Shown here: in pieces, positions 1 to 9,216 of the stretch
How the letters are laid out: each line of letters starts with the position of its first letter
How positions within the stretch are numbered: the stretch's first letter is position 1
Assembly (NCBI GenBank): GCA_965372715.1
Contig: CBDVDH010000029.1
Coordinates: 1-45,917 of the forward strand
DNA: 45,917 nucleotides
Source of the DNA: an uncultured bacterium
Lineage (GTDB): Bacteria; B130-G9
Direction of reading: 5' to 3'
Notes under the pieces: model-generated
Databases searched by the model: none
What the model saw: the letters and a program-made list of their open reading frames with translations, nothing else
Told to the model about the DNA's origin: nothing
Position numbers and translations under genes: made by a program

Positions 1-13
1 TCACATCAGAGAA

Positions 14-37
14 GGGCGGGGCAAGCACCGCCCCTAC
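14..37 (-). repeat. GTAG-type REP palindrome
   Basis: Minus strand reads GTAGGGGCGGTGCTTGCCCCGCCC: GTAG tetranucleotide plus GC-rich hairpin; related copies at 32398-32505 and 39763-39786. Confidence 0.7.
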
Positions 38-95
38 AGAACCTATGGCCAGCTTCCGCGCTCGCGCATGCACCGAAATACGCGCCAGATGAGTC

Positions 96-914
96 TCAGT
101 CGCACCAGTCGAAGCCATCCTCCGAGCGCCTGATCGCACCGGTTATCTTGTCGCGAATCTCGTCGTCCGTCATTGGCCCCGCAAACACCTCTTCACCGTT
201 GATAAACAAGCCCGATCTGATGCCGAATTCCTCCATGACGGACTTCTCGTCTGTCCCAAACTCGTTGAAGATGGACTCCTCGTCGAATTCTTGTGAAATG
301 CGTCGCCATCTTCTGAGCTGATACAGCCTGTACGGACATTGATTGCTGTAGAAAAAGTCGATGACAGCCTTGCCGGGTTCAGGCTCCCGCTCATAGGATG
401 TTGGCCTCAGATGAGGGTTTTGAACATTTCGGAATTTCTTGACGAGAAGCACCCGCTGGCCTTCCTTGTCAACTACCTTGTAGCCCAAATGCTTGAAGAA
501 GGTGTATGGCATGAACCAGAACTCGTGGTCCAGGCCCCACGCGGCAATTCCCTTGGCCTCTGTGTTCTCCTTGACGTCCCGTTCCGCCGCCTCAACCAGC
601 ATTCGGCCGTAGCCCTTGCCTTTCATGCTGCCGGGACCCAGGTCCCAGCGATCAACCATCAGGCAATTGACGAAATAGAGGTCTGTGCCCGTGGCCGGGC
701 AGGGAGCCAGCCCTATCGGCTGATACTCTATGAACCCGGCAGGTTTGTCATCTTCAAAGAGCACTTGCGCGCGCAGGCCCCGCTTCATCATGGACTTGAG
801 CCACTTCTTCTTGATCGCGGCATCCTTCCTGAGTTCCTCGTCGTCCGTAAGGCAACAACACGATTCAATATCTATGTTGTGGTCCGTTAGCGGCTCAAGT
901 CTAATCTGGGGCAA
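96..914 (-). CDS. GNAT family N-acetyltransferase, YoaP-like
   Basis: 272 aa; acetyl-CoA binding motif KGKGYGRMLV; C-terminal FYSNQCPY segment as in YoaP-type proteins; TTG start. Confidence 0.8.
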   Translation of the reverse strand: MPQIRLEPLTDHNIDIESCCCLTDDEELRKDAAIKKKWLKSMMKRGLRAQVLFEDDKPAGFIEYQPIGLAPCPATGTDLYFVNCLMVDRWDLGPGSMKGKGYGRMLVEAAERDVKENTEAKGIAAWGLDHEFWFMPYTFFKHLGYKVVDKEGQRVLLVKKFRNVQNPHLRPTSYEREPEPGKAVIDFFYSNQCPYRLYQLRRWRRISQEFDEESIFNEFGTDEKSVMEEFGIRSGLFINGEEVFAGPMTDDEIRDKITGAIRRSEDGFDWCD

Positions 915-977
915 CGCTCGACCTCGCAGACTTCGCCATAGTAGATCGCAGAGCTACGTCGGCTGAACGCGATACTC

Positions 978-1361
978 TCATGACGTGGGGATGGTCTCCA
1001 TAGATGCGTCCTCATCCTCCTCGCCCTGGCCAATCGGTATCTTTCGCAGCACATCCAGCTCCTCTCGCTGCTCGGCCATCTTCCGTCTCAACTCCTGATT
1101 CTCCCGAACGAGCCTGAATTGTGGCCCCATGAGAAAGAGCCCCGCCATAAGGCCTCCGATAAAAATGCAGCCCAGAACCAAGAGGTACACGGGCAGCGGG
1201 CGGGCCTGCATCCCACCTTGCGGCCCGACTCCATACCCCAAAAGAGGTATTGGCCTGTCCTTGAAATAGTTAATCGGCGCCGTATGGCTGTTCTGCGCCG
1301 CAATCCAAGTCAGCACGCCCAGCAGAATTATGAAGCCAAGTATCTTGACCAACCTGCCCAT
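978..1361 (-). CDS. LapA-family (lipopolysaccharide assembly protein A domain) membrane protein
   Basis: Start moved to MGRLVKILG (SD GGGGAG); TM helix ending AAQN, second TM PLPVYLLVLGCIFIGG, then a coiled coil. Confidence 0.7.
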   Translation of the reverse strand: MGRLVKILGFIILLGVLTWIAAQNSHTAPINYFKDRPIPLLGYGVGPQGGMQARPLPVYLLVLGCIFIGGLMAGLFLMGPQFRLVRENQELRRKMAEQREELDVLRKIPIGQGEEDEDASMETIPTS

Positions 1362-1474
1362 AATCACTCCCCGTTTCTCGCCTCTATTCAGAAAACAAGG
1401 CGCCGGCAGCGCGACACCTCTACACAAGACTAAGCATTGAACAGCCTACCGTCAAGCCGGCCGAGGGAGCCCCA

Positions 1475-1790
1475 ATAATCAGACTGATGGTGATTGAGCT
1501 CGCAGAGCCCACAGGTCATGCCTTTGTAGTCGCCGATTGTTACGACCGCGGTGGCTTTGATGAGCCTCACCTGTTGGGTGATTTTGGAGTGCGGTGGCTT
1601 GACGCCGCCTTGGCTGGCCGCGGCTTGACGCGGCATCCGCTCTGATCGGCAATAGTGTATCTGTTGGGTGGCCGCCTCCAAAGTCGAAGGAGGGGTCTAT
1701 CATACGATGGTGTCAAGCCACCGCCAATGAGAGCGCCGTCAACCCGCCGCACTCCAAAAGGCAAGAACCAGCTTCCATCAATCTGATTAT
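1475..1790. mobile_element. Nested miniature inverted-repeat element (MITE/REPIN-like), copy 1
   Basis: Outer IR ATAATCAGACTGATGG / CCATCAATCTGATTAT (15/16 match); inner 176-bp unit bounded by TTTGGAGTGCGG...CCGCACTCCAAA; second copy at 45144-45457. Confidence 0.7.
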
Positions 1791-1877
1791 GAGGCAGGGA
1801 GTTTCCCCATAGGGAAGGGGGCATTGGCGCCGGCTTTTCAACAGGACACTGGGGCGCTCACTCAGCCGACCGGCAGA

Positions 1878-4760
1878 TCAATGCCGGCCGTTGATGCAGG
1901 TCAGAACCTCGTCAACCTGGAACGGTTTCGTGATAACGCGATTGATGCCGGCGGACTTGAGCTTGTCCTCGTCAAAATGTATCCCCCATCCAGTTGCCAG
2001 GATCACGGTGGTTTCCGGCCTGAGCTCTTTCACCTTTCTGGCGACTTCCCAGCCGCTCATGTGCGGCATACCAAGGTCTGTGATCACATAGTGATAGTTA
2101 CGCCGCTTGCACTTCCGAATCCCCTCCTCGCCCGACGAGGCGATGTCAACGTCGTGACCCTCTCCGGCCAGCATGTCAACCAAAAGATTCCTTATGGCCG
2201 CCTCGTCATCAATTATGAGAACGCGGGCCTTGACCAAGGCCGGTTCCGGCTCGATCTGTTCTATCTTCGGACGCTCGGCCTCCCTGAAATCGTTCAGCAG
2301 CGCAGGTATCTGGACCCTGAACTCTGTGAACTCGCCCAACTCGCTCTTGACATCAATCGCGCCCCCATGCCGTTGCACTATCCCGAGAACTATCGATAAC
2401 CCAAGCCCGCTGTTCGTGGGCTCTCTGGTGGTAAAAAACGGGTCGAATATCTTGTCCCTTGCCTCGGGCGATATCCCCTCGCCGCTGTCCCTAACAAGCA
2501 CATTAACGTTGCCGCCCCGGGCCCGCGTCTCAAGAGCGATACGGCCACCTTCCGGCATGGCATCTATCGCATTGTTGATGAGATTGACAAATATCTCGCG
2601 CAGCTCTGACGGTTTGCCCGGGACCCTGGGGATATTCGACTTTGTGAGTTTCACCTCAACAACAAATCCCTCAACCTGCATCTGATCCTTCCAGCGAGGC
2701 TTGGTTATGCCGATGGAATCCTCAATGATCTCGTTGAGATCGACCGGAACGAACGAAGACTTGTCTCCAACCTTTGCGAACTCCTGGATGCGGCGGACGG
2801 TCTCGGCGCCATCGAGCGCGGTCCGCTCGATTATCTCGAGGTTCCGCTTCGTGCCGGGGTCGCTTCCGCCAATCATCCTGATCAACATCTGTGCTCGGCC
2901 GAGAATGACCCCCAGAAGGTTATTGAAGTCGTGAGCAACGCCCGATGCCATCTCGCCCAGAGCCTTGAGTTTGTCCGCCCTGGCAAGCTGCACCGAAAGC
3001 TGGGTCTTCTCAGTTATGTCCTTGAGCGAGACCAAGACCTCTGGTTCGCGGCCGGGCGCCTTTAACGGGCACGCGAAAACCTCCAAGAATCGCTCCGAAC
3101 CATCCTGGTCTGCTTGCAGATGGACGACGCTTATCGAATGATCTTTGGCCAAGACCTCCCTTACCGGGCAACTTGTCTTCTGGCCGCTACACGGCTTGTC
3201 CCTGCCATGGAATACCTCATAACAGCACCGACCAAAGACCTTGTCCTCCAAGGTCTCTCCCACCAACTTGAGAAGGTTCGTGTTCGCTCTCTTGACGCTA
3301 TAATCAGAGCCAACAATCATGACAGCCTCACTAAGCCCGTTGAGAACCGCCTCGAGGTATGATTCCTCAGCAATAGCCGTCTGTGTACCTCCCAACGCCC
3401 CTTGAGACGTAGATGTATTGTCATTACACATAACCAGAATCTGTTCCTCACCGCCGGAGTTCACAGCAACCCCACACATTGGAACCTCAACAATCTCATC
3501 TTGCGAACCTCTAAGCAACATCTCTGTCCTCGCGCTGCCGGCCGCCAGGACGGCCTCAATAAAGGCTTTCGTCTTATCCTTGGATTGCTCGCAAAAGATC
3601 GCGTCAAGTCTTCTGCCGGACAGATGGCCAAACGTCGGAACTTGAAGAAGAAAGTAGAACGCGGGGTTGGCGGTTACAAGACGGCCTCCTGCATCAGCCA
3701 CAAACGCAGGAATCGGCAGGGCGCCGAGCAATCCGTTAGAAAGGGGAAATCTCCCGGGCGCAGATACGTCGGGTATGTCTTCTTCAGACCCAACTGACGT
3801 GCGAAGATGTCTTGCGAAGACCCCCAAGACCAAGAGCGAAAGCACTGCGGCAATAATCGAAAGAGCCAGTGGCAACAGCATTGGATATTCTTGCTTTGTG
3901 ACCAGAACGTTAGCGCCGGCAATTGGATGTAGAGAGCAAAGGGCCAATTTGCGATCAAGAAACGTGAATGGCGCCACGACCATTTGAATTACCCTCGGCT
4001 CTTTCCGGTCGGTTTGAGCTGGTTCAGTTAGTTGCAGGACTCCAGCAATGCGCGCGCTCACCAGACCTGTAAGCGACGATACAATAGAAGTGGCGCCGTC
4101 GCTGAGAACCAGGCTCGTATCCCAGCCAACGAAATCGGGCAGTCCCTCGTTCGAAAGAGAGAACTGCCCCTCCTCGTCGAGGATGAATATCTTTTGCCTC
4201 AGCGATGGCGCGACCATCCGTCCGACCCACTCGAGATCGATCGCGCCGACAACGGAGTATATGTGGGAGCCATCTTTGAACACTGGGAAAGCAACCCACA
4301 AGCCCCGGCTTTCGTCTCGAGGCGAGACGATCGACGAGGCGACGCCCCTCTTTTCGCGCACGGAGCGTCTTATTAAACGGAAAACTGCCGGGCCAACGAA
4401 TGTTGCGCCATTCGACAGGGCTGACTCCGGATATGTTCTGAATACCCCACCTTGGTTGTTCACCCACAGAATCTGCTGGATGAACTCAGATGTGAGTATA
4501 TCCAGCTTAACCCAATCAAAGCCCTGTTCTTCTACACCCTTCCTCTCGAACAGACTGTATTGCTCAGAGATCAATTCAAGCTGCGTGACAACATGGTCAA
4601 GCTGTCGCTCAAGGAGCTTTGCCGCGAGAATGAGAGAGTTAAGCTGCGCTTTCCTTGCGTGCTGTGCGTCCGGTTGAGCGCCCGCCGCAGCAAGGGCAAA
4701 AACCACCAAAACGGCGACTAATACGCAAACAACGTTAAATGGCCGTATTCTTCGGGGCAT
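1878..4760 (-). CDS. Membrane hybrid sensor histidine kinase (Cache-like periplasmic domain, PAS x2, HisKA, HATPase, REC)
   Basis: H-box GVAHDFNNLL, N-box NLINNAIDAM, DSGEG, FDPFFTT, GLGL; C-terminal receiver LIIDDE...ITDLGMP...KP. Confidence 0.93.
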   Translation of the reverse strand: MPRRIRPFNVVCVLVAVLVVFALAAAGAQPDAQHARKAQLNSLILAAKLLERQLDHVVTQLELISEQYSLFERKGVEEQGFDWVKLDILTSEFIQQILWVNNQGGVFRTYPESALSNGATFVGPAVFRLIRRSVREKRGVASSIVSPRDESRGLWVAFPVFKDGSHIYSVVGAIDLEWVGRMVAPSLRQKIFILDEEGQFSLSNEGLPDFVGWDTSLVLSDGATSIVSSLTGLVSARIAGVLQLTEPAQTDRKEPRVIQMVVAPFTFLDRKLALCSLHPIAGANVLVTKQEYPMLLPLALSIIAAVLSLLVLGVFARHLRTSVGSEEDIPDVSAPGRFPLSNGLLGALPIPAFVADAGGRLVTANPAFYFLLQVPTFGHLSGRRLDAIFCEQSKDKTKAFIEAVLAAGSARTEMLLRGSQDEIVEVPMCGVAVNSGGEEQILVMCNDNTSTSQGALGGTQTAIAEESYLEAVLNGLSEAVMIVGSDYSVKRANTNLLKLVGETLEDKVFGRCCYEVFHGRDKPCSGQKTSCPVREVLAKDHSISVVHLQADQDGSERFLEVFACPLKAPGREPEVLVSLKDITEKTQLSVQLARADKLKALGEMASGVAHDFNNLLGVILGRAQMLIRMIGGSDPGTKRNLEIIERTALDGAETVRRIQEFAKVGDKSSFVPVDLNEIIEDSIGITKPRWKDQMQVEGFVVEVKLTKSNIPRVPGKPSELREIFVNLINNAIDAMPEGGRIALETRARGGNVNVLVRDSGEGISPEARDKIFDPFFTTREPTNSGLGLSIVLGIVQRHGGAIDVKSELGEFTEFRVQIPALLNDFREAERPKIEQIEPEPALVKARVLIIDDEAAIRNLLVDMLAGEGHDVDIASSGEEGIRKCKRRNYHYVITDLGMPHMSGWEVARKVKELRPETTVILATGWGIHFDEDKLKSAGINRVITKPFQVDEVLTCINGRH

Positions 4761-5077
4761 CTCACTTCAAGAATAGCAAATACGAAATATGACCGCAAAA
4801 AACATTCACTCCGCAAGAGCACTTATCGTCAGAACAGTTACGTTTTACTAGTTGATTGTTGTCGCACAGCAATCAAACTGCGAGCCCAGCGACTCTGCGT
4901 ATGGTTCTACGTTGGTTCAACCTGTTCTCTAACGCACTAACGAAGTTGTAGGCTAGCCGCCCTGGGGGGTTGCCAGCGATTAGCGGAGCAGGTTCCACCT
5001 GGACCCTTCTTTTTTTGAGGCAGTTCGGCATAATAGCATACGTAGCCGTCGGAATTGTGCAGTGAATAGGTGCCAAA

Positions 5078-6469
5078 ATGCTCAAGTATGATTCAAGAAT
5101 CAAAGTATTACTCGTCCTTTCCGACCTCTTTGCGACGTTTATATCCATCATTCTTACCTACTGGATCAGGGTTGATCTTCTCGAAAGCACCCCATTCGTT
5201 GCGCCGTTCCTGCACGACATAACAGTCTATCTTTGGACAATCCCTTTTGTGTGCGTGCTCTGGGTCTGCATATTCTCGGCCAAAGGCCTCTATCGGCCAC
5301 GAAGAGGAATCTCCAGAATGGGAGAGTTTAGGGAGATCGTGCGGGCAATTACATTCGGTGTCGTAATAATAATGGCTGCGTCTTTCCTTCGGAAATTCGA
5401 CTATTCAAGGCTTATAGTTCTCTCTTTCTGGGTATGCAACATAGTAATCGTCGGCGCTTTCCGAGCCATAATCAGACACTTCCAGCGAAAATGGATGCTC
5501 AAAGGACATGGCAAGAGCAGCGTTATAGTAGTTGGAACCGGCGAGACTGCACGTCTGATTATCGACAGAATGAGAAGAGCACAGGACCTTGGTTACGAGG
5601 TTATTGGCATCGTTGATGATGATAAATCACTGAATGAGAACGAGACCGTCATGGGGGTCCCTTTTCTTGGTTACACCGAATACCTACCAGAAATAATCAA
5701 GAAGTATGAAGCAAGAGAGGTCTTCTTCGCAAAACCAAACATGAATCACGAGCAAATGTTGAACACTGTCGCGAGCTGTGAAGAGACCGGCGCCTCGTTC
5801 AGGATCGCGTCACACCTATTTGAGATTGTTACGGGGAAAACTGAGATAGACAACGTCGCCGACACCCCAATTATCGATCTGACAGGACCACGAATAGGTA
5901 TTTGGAGACGTATGTCAAAGGATATAATGGATTTCTGTTTAGCGACGGTGTTCTTAATTATATCGCTTCCTTTTTGGGCACTCATATCACTTGCGATCAA
6001 ACTCGATACAAAAGGACCCATATTCTTTAAGCAATGTAGGGTTGGTGAGAAAGGTAAAGAATTTACAATCTATAAGTTCCGAACAATGTTTTACGATGTT
6101 GACACATTTGAACATTCGCCAACCCACAAGAAGGATGAAAGAATCACAAGAGTAGGAAAAGCACTGAGGCGAACGAGTCTCGATGAACTTCCACAACTTC
6201 TAAATATCTTAAAAGGAGACATGAGCCTAGTTGGTCCAAGGCCAGAGATGCCATTTATAGTGGCTCAATACGATAAATGGCAGCGAAAACGGTTGGACGT
6301 AAAACCGGGTATTACCGGCCTGTGGCAGGTGCTTGGAAGAAAGAACCTTCCGCTTGAGCAAAACCTACAATACGACTTCTATTATATAAAGAACCGTACC
6401 ATCCTGATGGATTTGGTGATTCTGCTGAAAACTATTAAGGTAGTTATTATTGGTAAAGGAGCTTATTAA
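5078..6469 (+). CDS. Polyprenyl-phosphate hexose-1-phosphate transferase (WcaJ/WbaP family)
   Basis: N-terminal TM helices, central VVGTGE domain, C-terminal YKFRTM, SLDELPQLLNILKGDMSLVGPRP, KPGITGLWQV. Confidence 0.93.
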   Translation: MLKYDSRIKVLLVLSDLFATFISIILTYWIRVDLLESTPFVAPFLHDITVYLWTIPFVCVLWVCIFSAKGLYRPRRGISRMGEFREIVRAITFGVVIIMAASFLRKFDYSRLIVLSFWVCNIVIVGAFRAIIRHFQRKWMLKGHGKSSVIVVGTGETARLIIDRMRRAQDLGYEVIGIVDDDKSLNENETVMGVPFLGYTEYLPEIIKKYEAREVFFAKPNMNHEQMLNTVASCEETGASFRIASHLFEIVTGKTEIDNVADTPIIDLTGPRIGIWRRMSKDIMDFCLATVFLIISLPFWALISLAIKLDTKGPIFFKQCRVGEKGKEFTIYKFRTMFYDVDTFEHSPTHKKDERITRVGKALRRTSLDELPQLLNILKGDMSLVGPRPEMPFIVAQYDKWQRKRLDVKPGITGLWQVLGRKNLPLEQNLQYDFYYIKNRTILMDLVILLKTIKVVIIGKGAY

Positions 6470-6545
6470 GTACTTTAATCATCAACATCATAATAAGTTC
6501 TGTTAGGACTGTTAGATTACCTTGTGTTGACATTCCCTTGCTAAA

Positions 6546-6700
6546 TCCTGGTTGCTAGAGCAGATGTTAATTTTGCCATACCTTCGCTGAGCGGAACCCA
6601 AAGTGGTTTTATCTTTGAACGCACTACTAGCTGGGGTTCTAATTCTAACGGTTGTTTAACAGCCTTTTATCTTTTTACGAGGGCTTTTTTTAGATCAGGA
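6546..6700 (+). ncRNA. Possible structured RNA (6S-like rod), tentative
   Basis: Between convergent genes; TCCTGGTT pairs with GATCAGGA; internal GAACCC/GGGTTC and AGTGGT/ACTACT stems. Confidence 0.2.
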
Positions 6701-6757
6701 CCGTAGAATAGGTCCAGCCGGGTACTTACAGATCATTTACATATCAGCTGTAGGTAA

Positions 6758-7405
6758 CTAGCTCTCGAGACTTACCTTTGTTTTTGAGGTGATATCATTG
6801 GCTGTGATAGGTCCTTTCCTCAAGATAGTCGCTTTGTTAGTTGACAGGTCAATGACAGTGCTTGGACAGGGGTTTATTAATTCACCAATATCAAGAACGG
6901 CATCAACAGCGGTCAATATATAACTTGGAATAGACCCTAGGTTTCGTGGAGGCGCTGATCCAGGGTCATTTGCGCTCGTGGACCACAAAGGGCAAGTTAC
7001 TTCTTCCACTATTTGTCTCAATATGTCTGAAGCAGGCACCCGGATGGCTATGCTTTTGCTCGTGTGAGCTATTGGGCAGGATTCTAGCTGCCGGAACGGA
7101 ACCACGACTGAGATGGGTCCGGGCCAAAAGGCGTCCGTGATTAGCATAGCCTCCCGGCTCCATTTTCTTGAGTAGGATATCGCTGTTTTGACGTCTCTCA
7201 CGATAAGAATGAACTTTTTTAAGGGGCCGCGCTTTTTGATTCGCCTTAGCTTTTCGGTCGCCTCGTTTGAGGTGGCCAGACAGCTCAACCCGTAACAGGT
7301 GTCAGAGGGGACACATACTATCCCACCGGCTTTGAGTTTTGCCACGACTTGAGCAATTGCCTCACTCTCTTGGCCTTGTCGGTTGAGCCTAACAATCATT
7401 CCCAT
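6758..7405 (-). CDS. tsaC: L-threonylcarbamoyladenylate synthase (TsaC/Sua5/YrdC)
   Basis: PSDTCYGL, KKR, FWPGPIS, IAIRVP, STSAN and PSTVID motifs; start probably 7405 or 7399 rather than 7516. Confidence 0.85.
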   Translation of the reverse strand: MGMIVRLNRQGQESEAIAQVVAKLKAGGIVCVPSDTCYGLSCLATSNEATEKLRRIKKRGPLKKFILIVRDVKTAISYSRKWSREAMLITDAFWPGPISVVVPFRQLESCPIAHTSKSIAIRVPASDILRQIVEEVTCPLWSTSANDPGSAPPRNLGSIPSYILTAVDAVLDIGELINPCPSTVIDLSTNKATILRKGPITANDITSKTKVSLES

Positions 7406-7515
7406 TTTGCTATCGCAGCCTAGGTAGTTGACATATTTTGGGCTGTTTGTTACCTTTTTGAACGTCTTTAGCATAATACAGGTTTTGACGAAATAGTCTA
7501 TGGGTCGTAGGTTCA

Positions 7516-8763
7516 ATGCTTACTAGAGTAATTCCTCGCTTCAAGCCTTCGCTCTCGTGTGATGAGCTGTTCACGGTTTTCAGGCAGGCCTTCAGTGATA
7601 AGGCGTTCACGGACGTAACCCTGGGATACTTTGAGAGGGAGTTTGCTAGGTATATCGGTGTATCGGATGCAATTGCCGTCCCGTCAGCTAGAATGGGGCT
7701 CAACCTGGTGCTTTCGGCGTTGCAGCTGAATAAGGGTGACGAGATTATTTTACCGTCTTTGACCTTTTTTAGCATACCGGCGATGATCCGCTACATGGGA
7801 TTCGTGCCTATCTTCGTTGATATTGTTCCGACGACGTATCTGATCGATCTCGAGCGGGTGGAGGAGAGAATAACTGGCAAGACCCGCGCTATTATCCCAA
7901 CGCATCTTTACGGCCAGCCAGTCAACATGGAACGTGTTTGCGAGATAGCCAAGAAGCACAACCTGCTCATTATCGAGGACTGCGCTCAGTCATCTGGGGC
8001 GCGTTTTAAGGGCCAAAGAACGGGCAGCCTCGGGGACATAGGATACTACACTTTTGGTCCGACGAAGCCTTTTACAACACTTGGCGGCGGGATGATCACG
8101 GCCAAAGACCCCAAAGTAGCGCACAAAATAAGGGGAGCGATGCAGGACTTCGCGCCTGTGTCGCGAGTTAGCGTCCTGAAAGCTGCGGTCAAGGGTGCAG
8201 CTATGAAGGCGGCGACGAATCGCTGTGTGTTCGGCGCCTTCTTATGGCCGGCGCTTCGGGCGCTTCGGGTCTTCGGTAAGGACCCGATCGAGGAATCGTT
8301 CAGGGAGCCAGTTGAACCAACGACAGGTATCCCGAGTCATTTTTTCAAGAAAATGACGTCGGTTCAGGGGGATGTTGGCGCCTCACAGCTTCGTCGGATA
8401 GACGGTCTGTCAGCGATAAGGCACAGAAACGGAAAGTATCTTACGGAAAGGCTTGAAGGGGCGCAGGACCTTATTGTCCCGACGATTAACGAGGACGCCG
8501 AGCATATATTCACAAGTTTTGTGGTTCAAACCTCCAACAGAGAGTATTTGGCGCGGGAACTTCTCAGAAGAGGTGTTGACACGGCCAAAGGTTATATGAG
8601 CGCTTGTTCAGACCTTGACATGTTCAAAGACAGTCATTTTGAATGTCCCAACGCAACAACGGCGGTTGCGAATATGCTTCATTTACCTGTTTATCACACA
8701 TTGAAGGTGAAAGAGCTTGAATACATAGCATCCAGCGTGCTCAGGGTCATGAACGTGGCCTAG
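7516..8763 (+). CDS. DegT/DnrJ/EryC1/StrS family PLP-dependent aminotransferase
   Basis: GDEIILPSLTF, PTHLYG, IEDCAQ, TFGPTK (PLP lysine), GGG, LHLP. Confidence 0.9.
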   Translation: MLTRVIPRFKPSLSCDELFTVFRQAFSDKAFTDVTLGYFEREFARYIGVSDAIAVPSARMGLNLVLSALQLNKGDEIILPSLTFFSIPAMIRYMGFVPIFVDIVPTTYLIDLERVEERITGKTRAIIPTHLYGQPVNMERVCEIAKKHNLLIIEDCAQSSGARFKGQRTGSLGDIGYYTFGPTKPFTTLGGGMITAKDPKVAHKIRGAMQDFAPVSRVSVLKAAVKGAAMKAATNRCVFGAFLWPALRALRVFGKDPIEESFREPVEPTTGIPSHFFKKMTSVQGDVGASQLRRIDGLSAIRHRNGKYLTERLEGAQDLIVPTINEDAEHIFTSFVVQTSNREYLARELLRRGVDTAKGYMSACSDLDMFKDSHFECPNATTAVANMLHLPVYHTLKVKELEYIASSVLRVMNVA

Positions 8764-8804
8764 TAAGCAGCGATTCAAATGGGCACCAAGAGGGAGGAAA
8801 CTGA

Positions 8805-8972
8805 ATGAAGGAGTATGAGGTAATCTCTTGCTCTTCCGAGCTGAGCTCTCGTAAAATGGCTAGAACCGCTACACAAGAGATCAATGATCATGTTAGGGAG
8901 GGATGGGAGGTTTACGCGATAACGAGCACGTTAAACTCGATAAACATTGTATTTGTTAGAGAGAAGGAATAG
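8805..8972 (+). CDS. Small protein, DUF4177-like (55 aa)
   Basis: SD GGAGG; MKEYEVISCSSELSSRKMARTATQEINDHVREGWEVYAITSTLNSINIVFVREKE; EY.V...N...EGWE...F.R pattern; below the ORF-track cutoff. Confidence 0.7.
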   Translation: MKEYEVISCSSELSSRKMARTATQEINDHVREGWEVYAITSTLNSINIVFVREKE

Positions 8973-9048
8973 CCACCGGTCGTAGCTCCAACAGGTTTTT
9001 AGCACCTAACCTGAGTTACACCCGTAGTAAACCCATCCATGTTACAGT

Positions 9049-9124
9049 GGGGCTGTGGCGCAGTTGGGAGCGCATTTGTCTGGCAGACAAAGGGTCGCGG
9101 GTTCGAATCCCGCCAGCTCCACCA
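9049..9124 (+). tRNA. tRNA-Ala(GGC)
   Basis: Acceptor stem GGGGCTG/CAGCTCC with G3:U70; anticodon arm TTTGT-CTGGCAG-ACAAA; GTTCGAATC T-loop; encoded CCA. Confidence 0.97.
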
Positions 9125-9216
9125 GATTTGGTCACGATCTGTGCCCGCCTGCGTTTTCCACTCCACGTTATTGCATATAGTAGTATTATGACGCAGCCAC
9201 GGTCAGTTGCCGTTCA

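Noticed and set aside
1430-1824. Short ORFs (e.g. ...GGVKPPHSK...) and similar ones at 45324-45668
   Set aside because: They are translations of the palindromic repeat element, not proteins
9049-9216. tRNA-Ala as an integration site
   Set aside because: No duplicate of the tRNA 3' end seen and no integrase; folC follows directly
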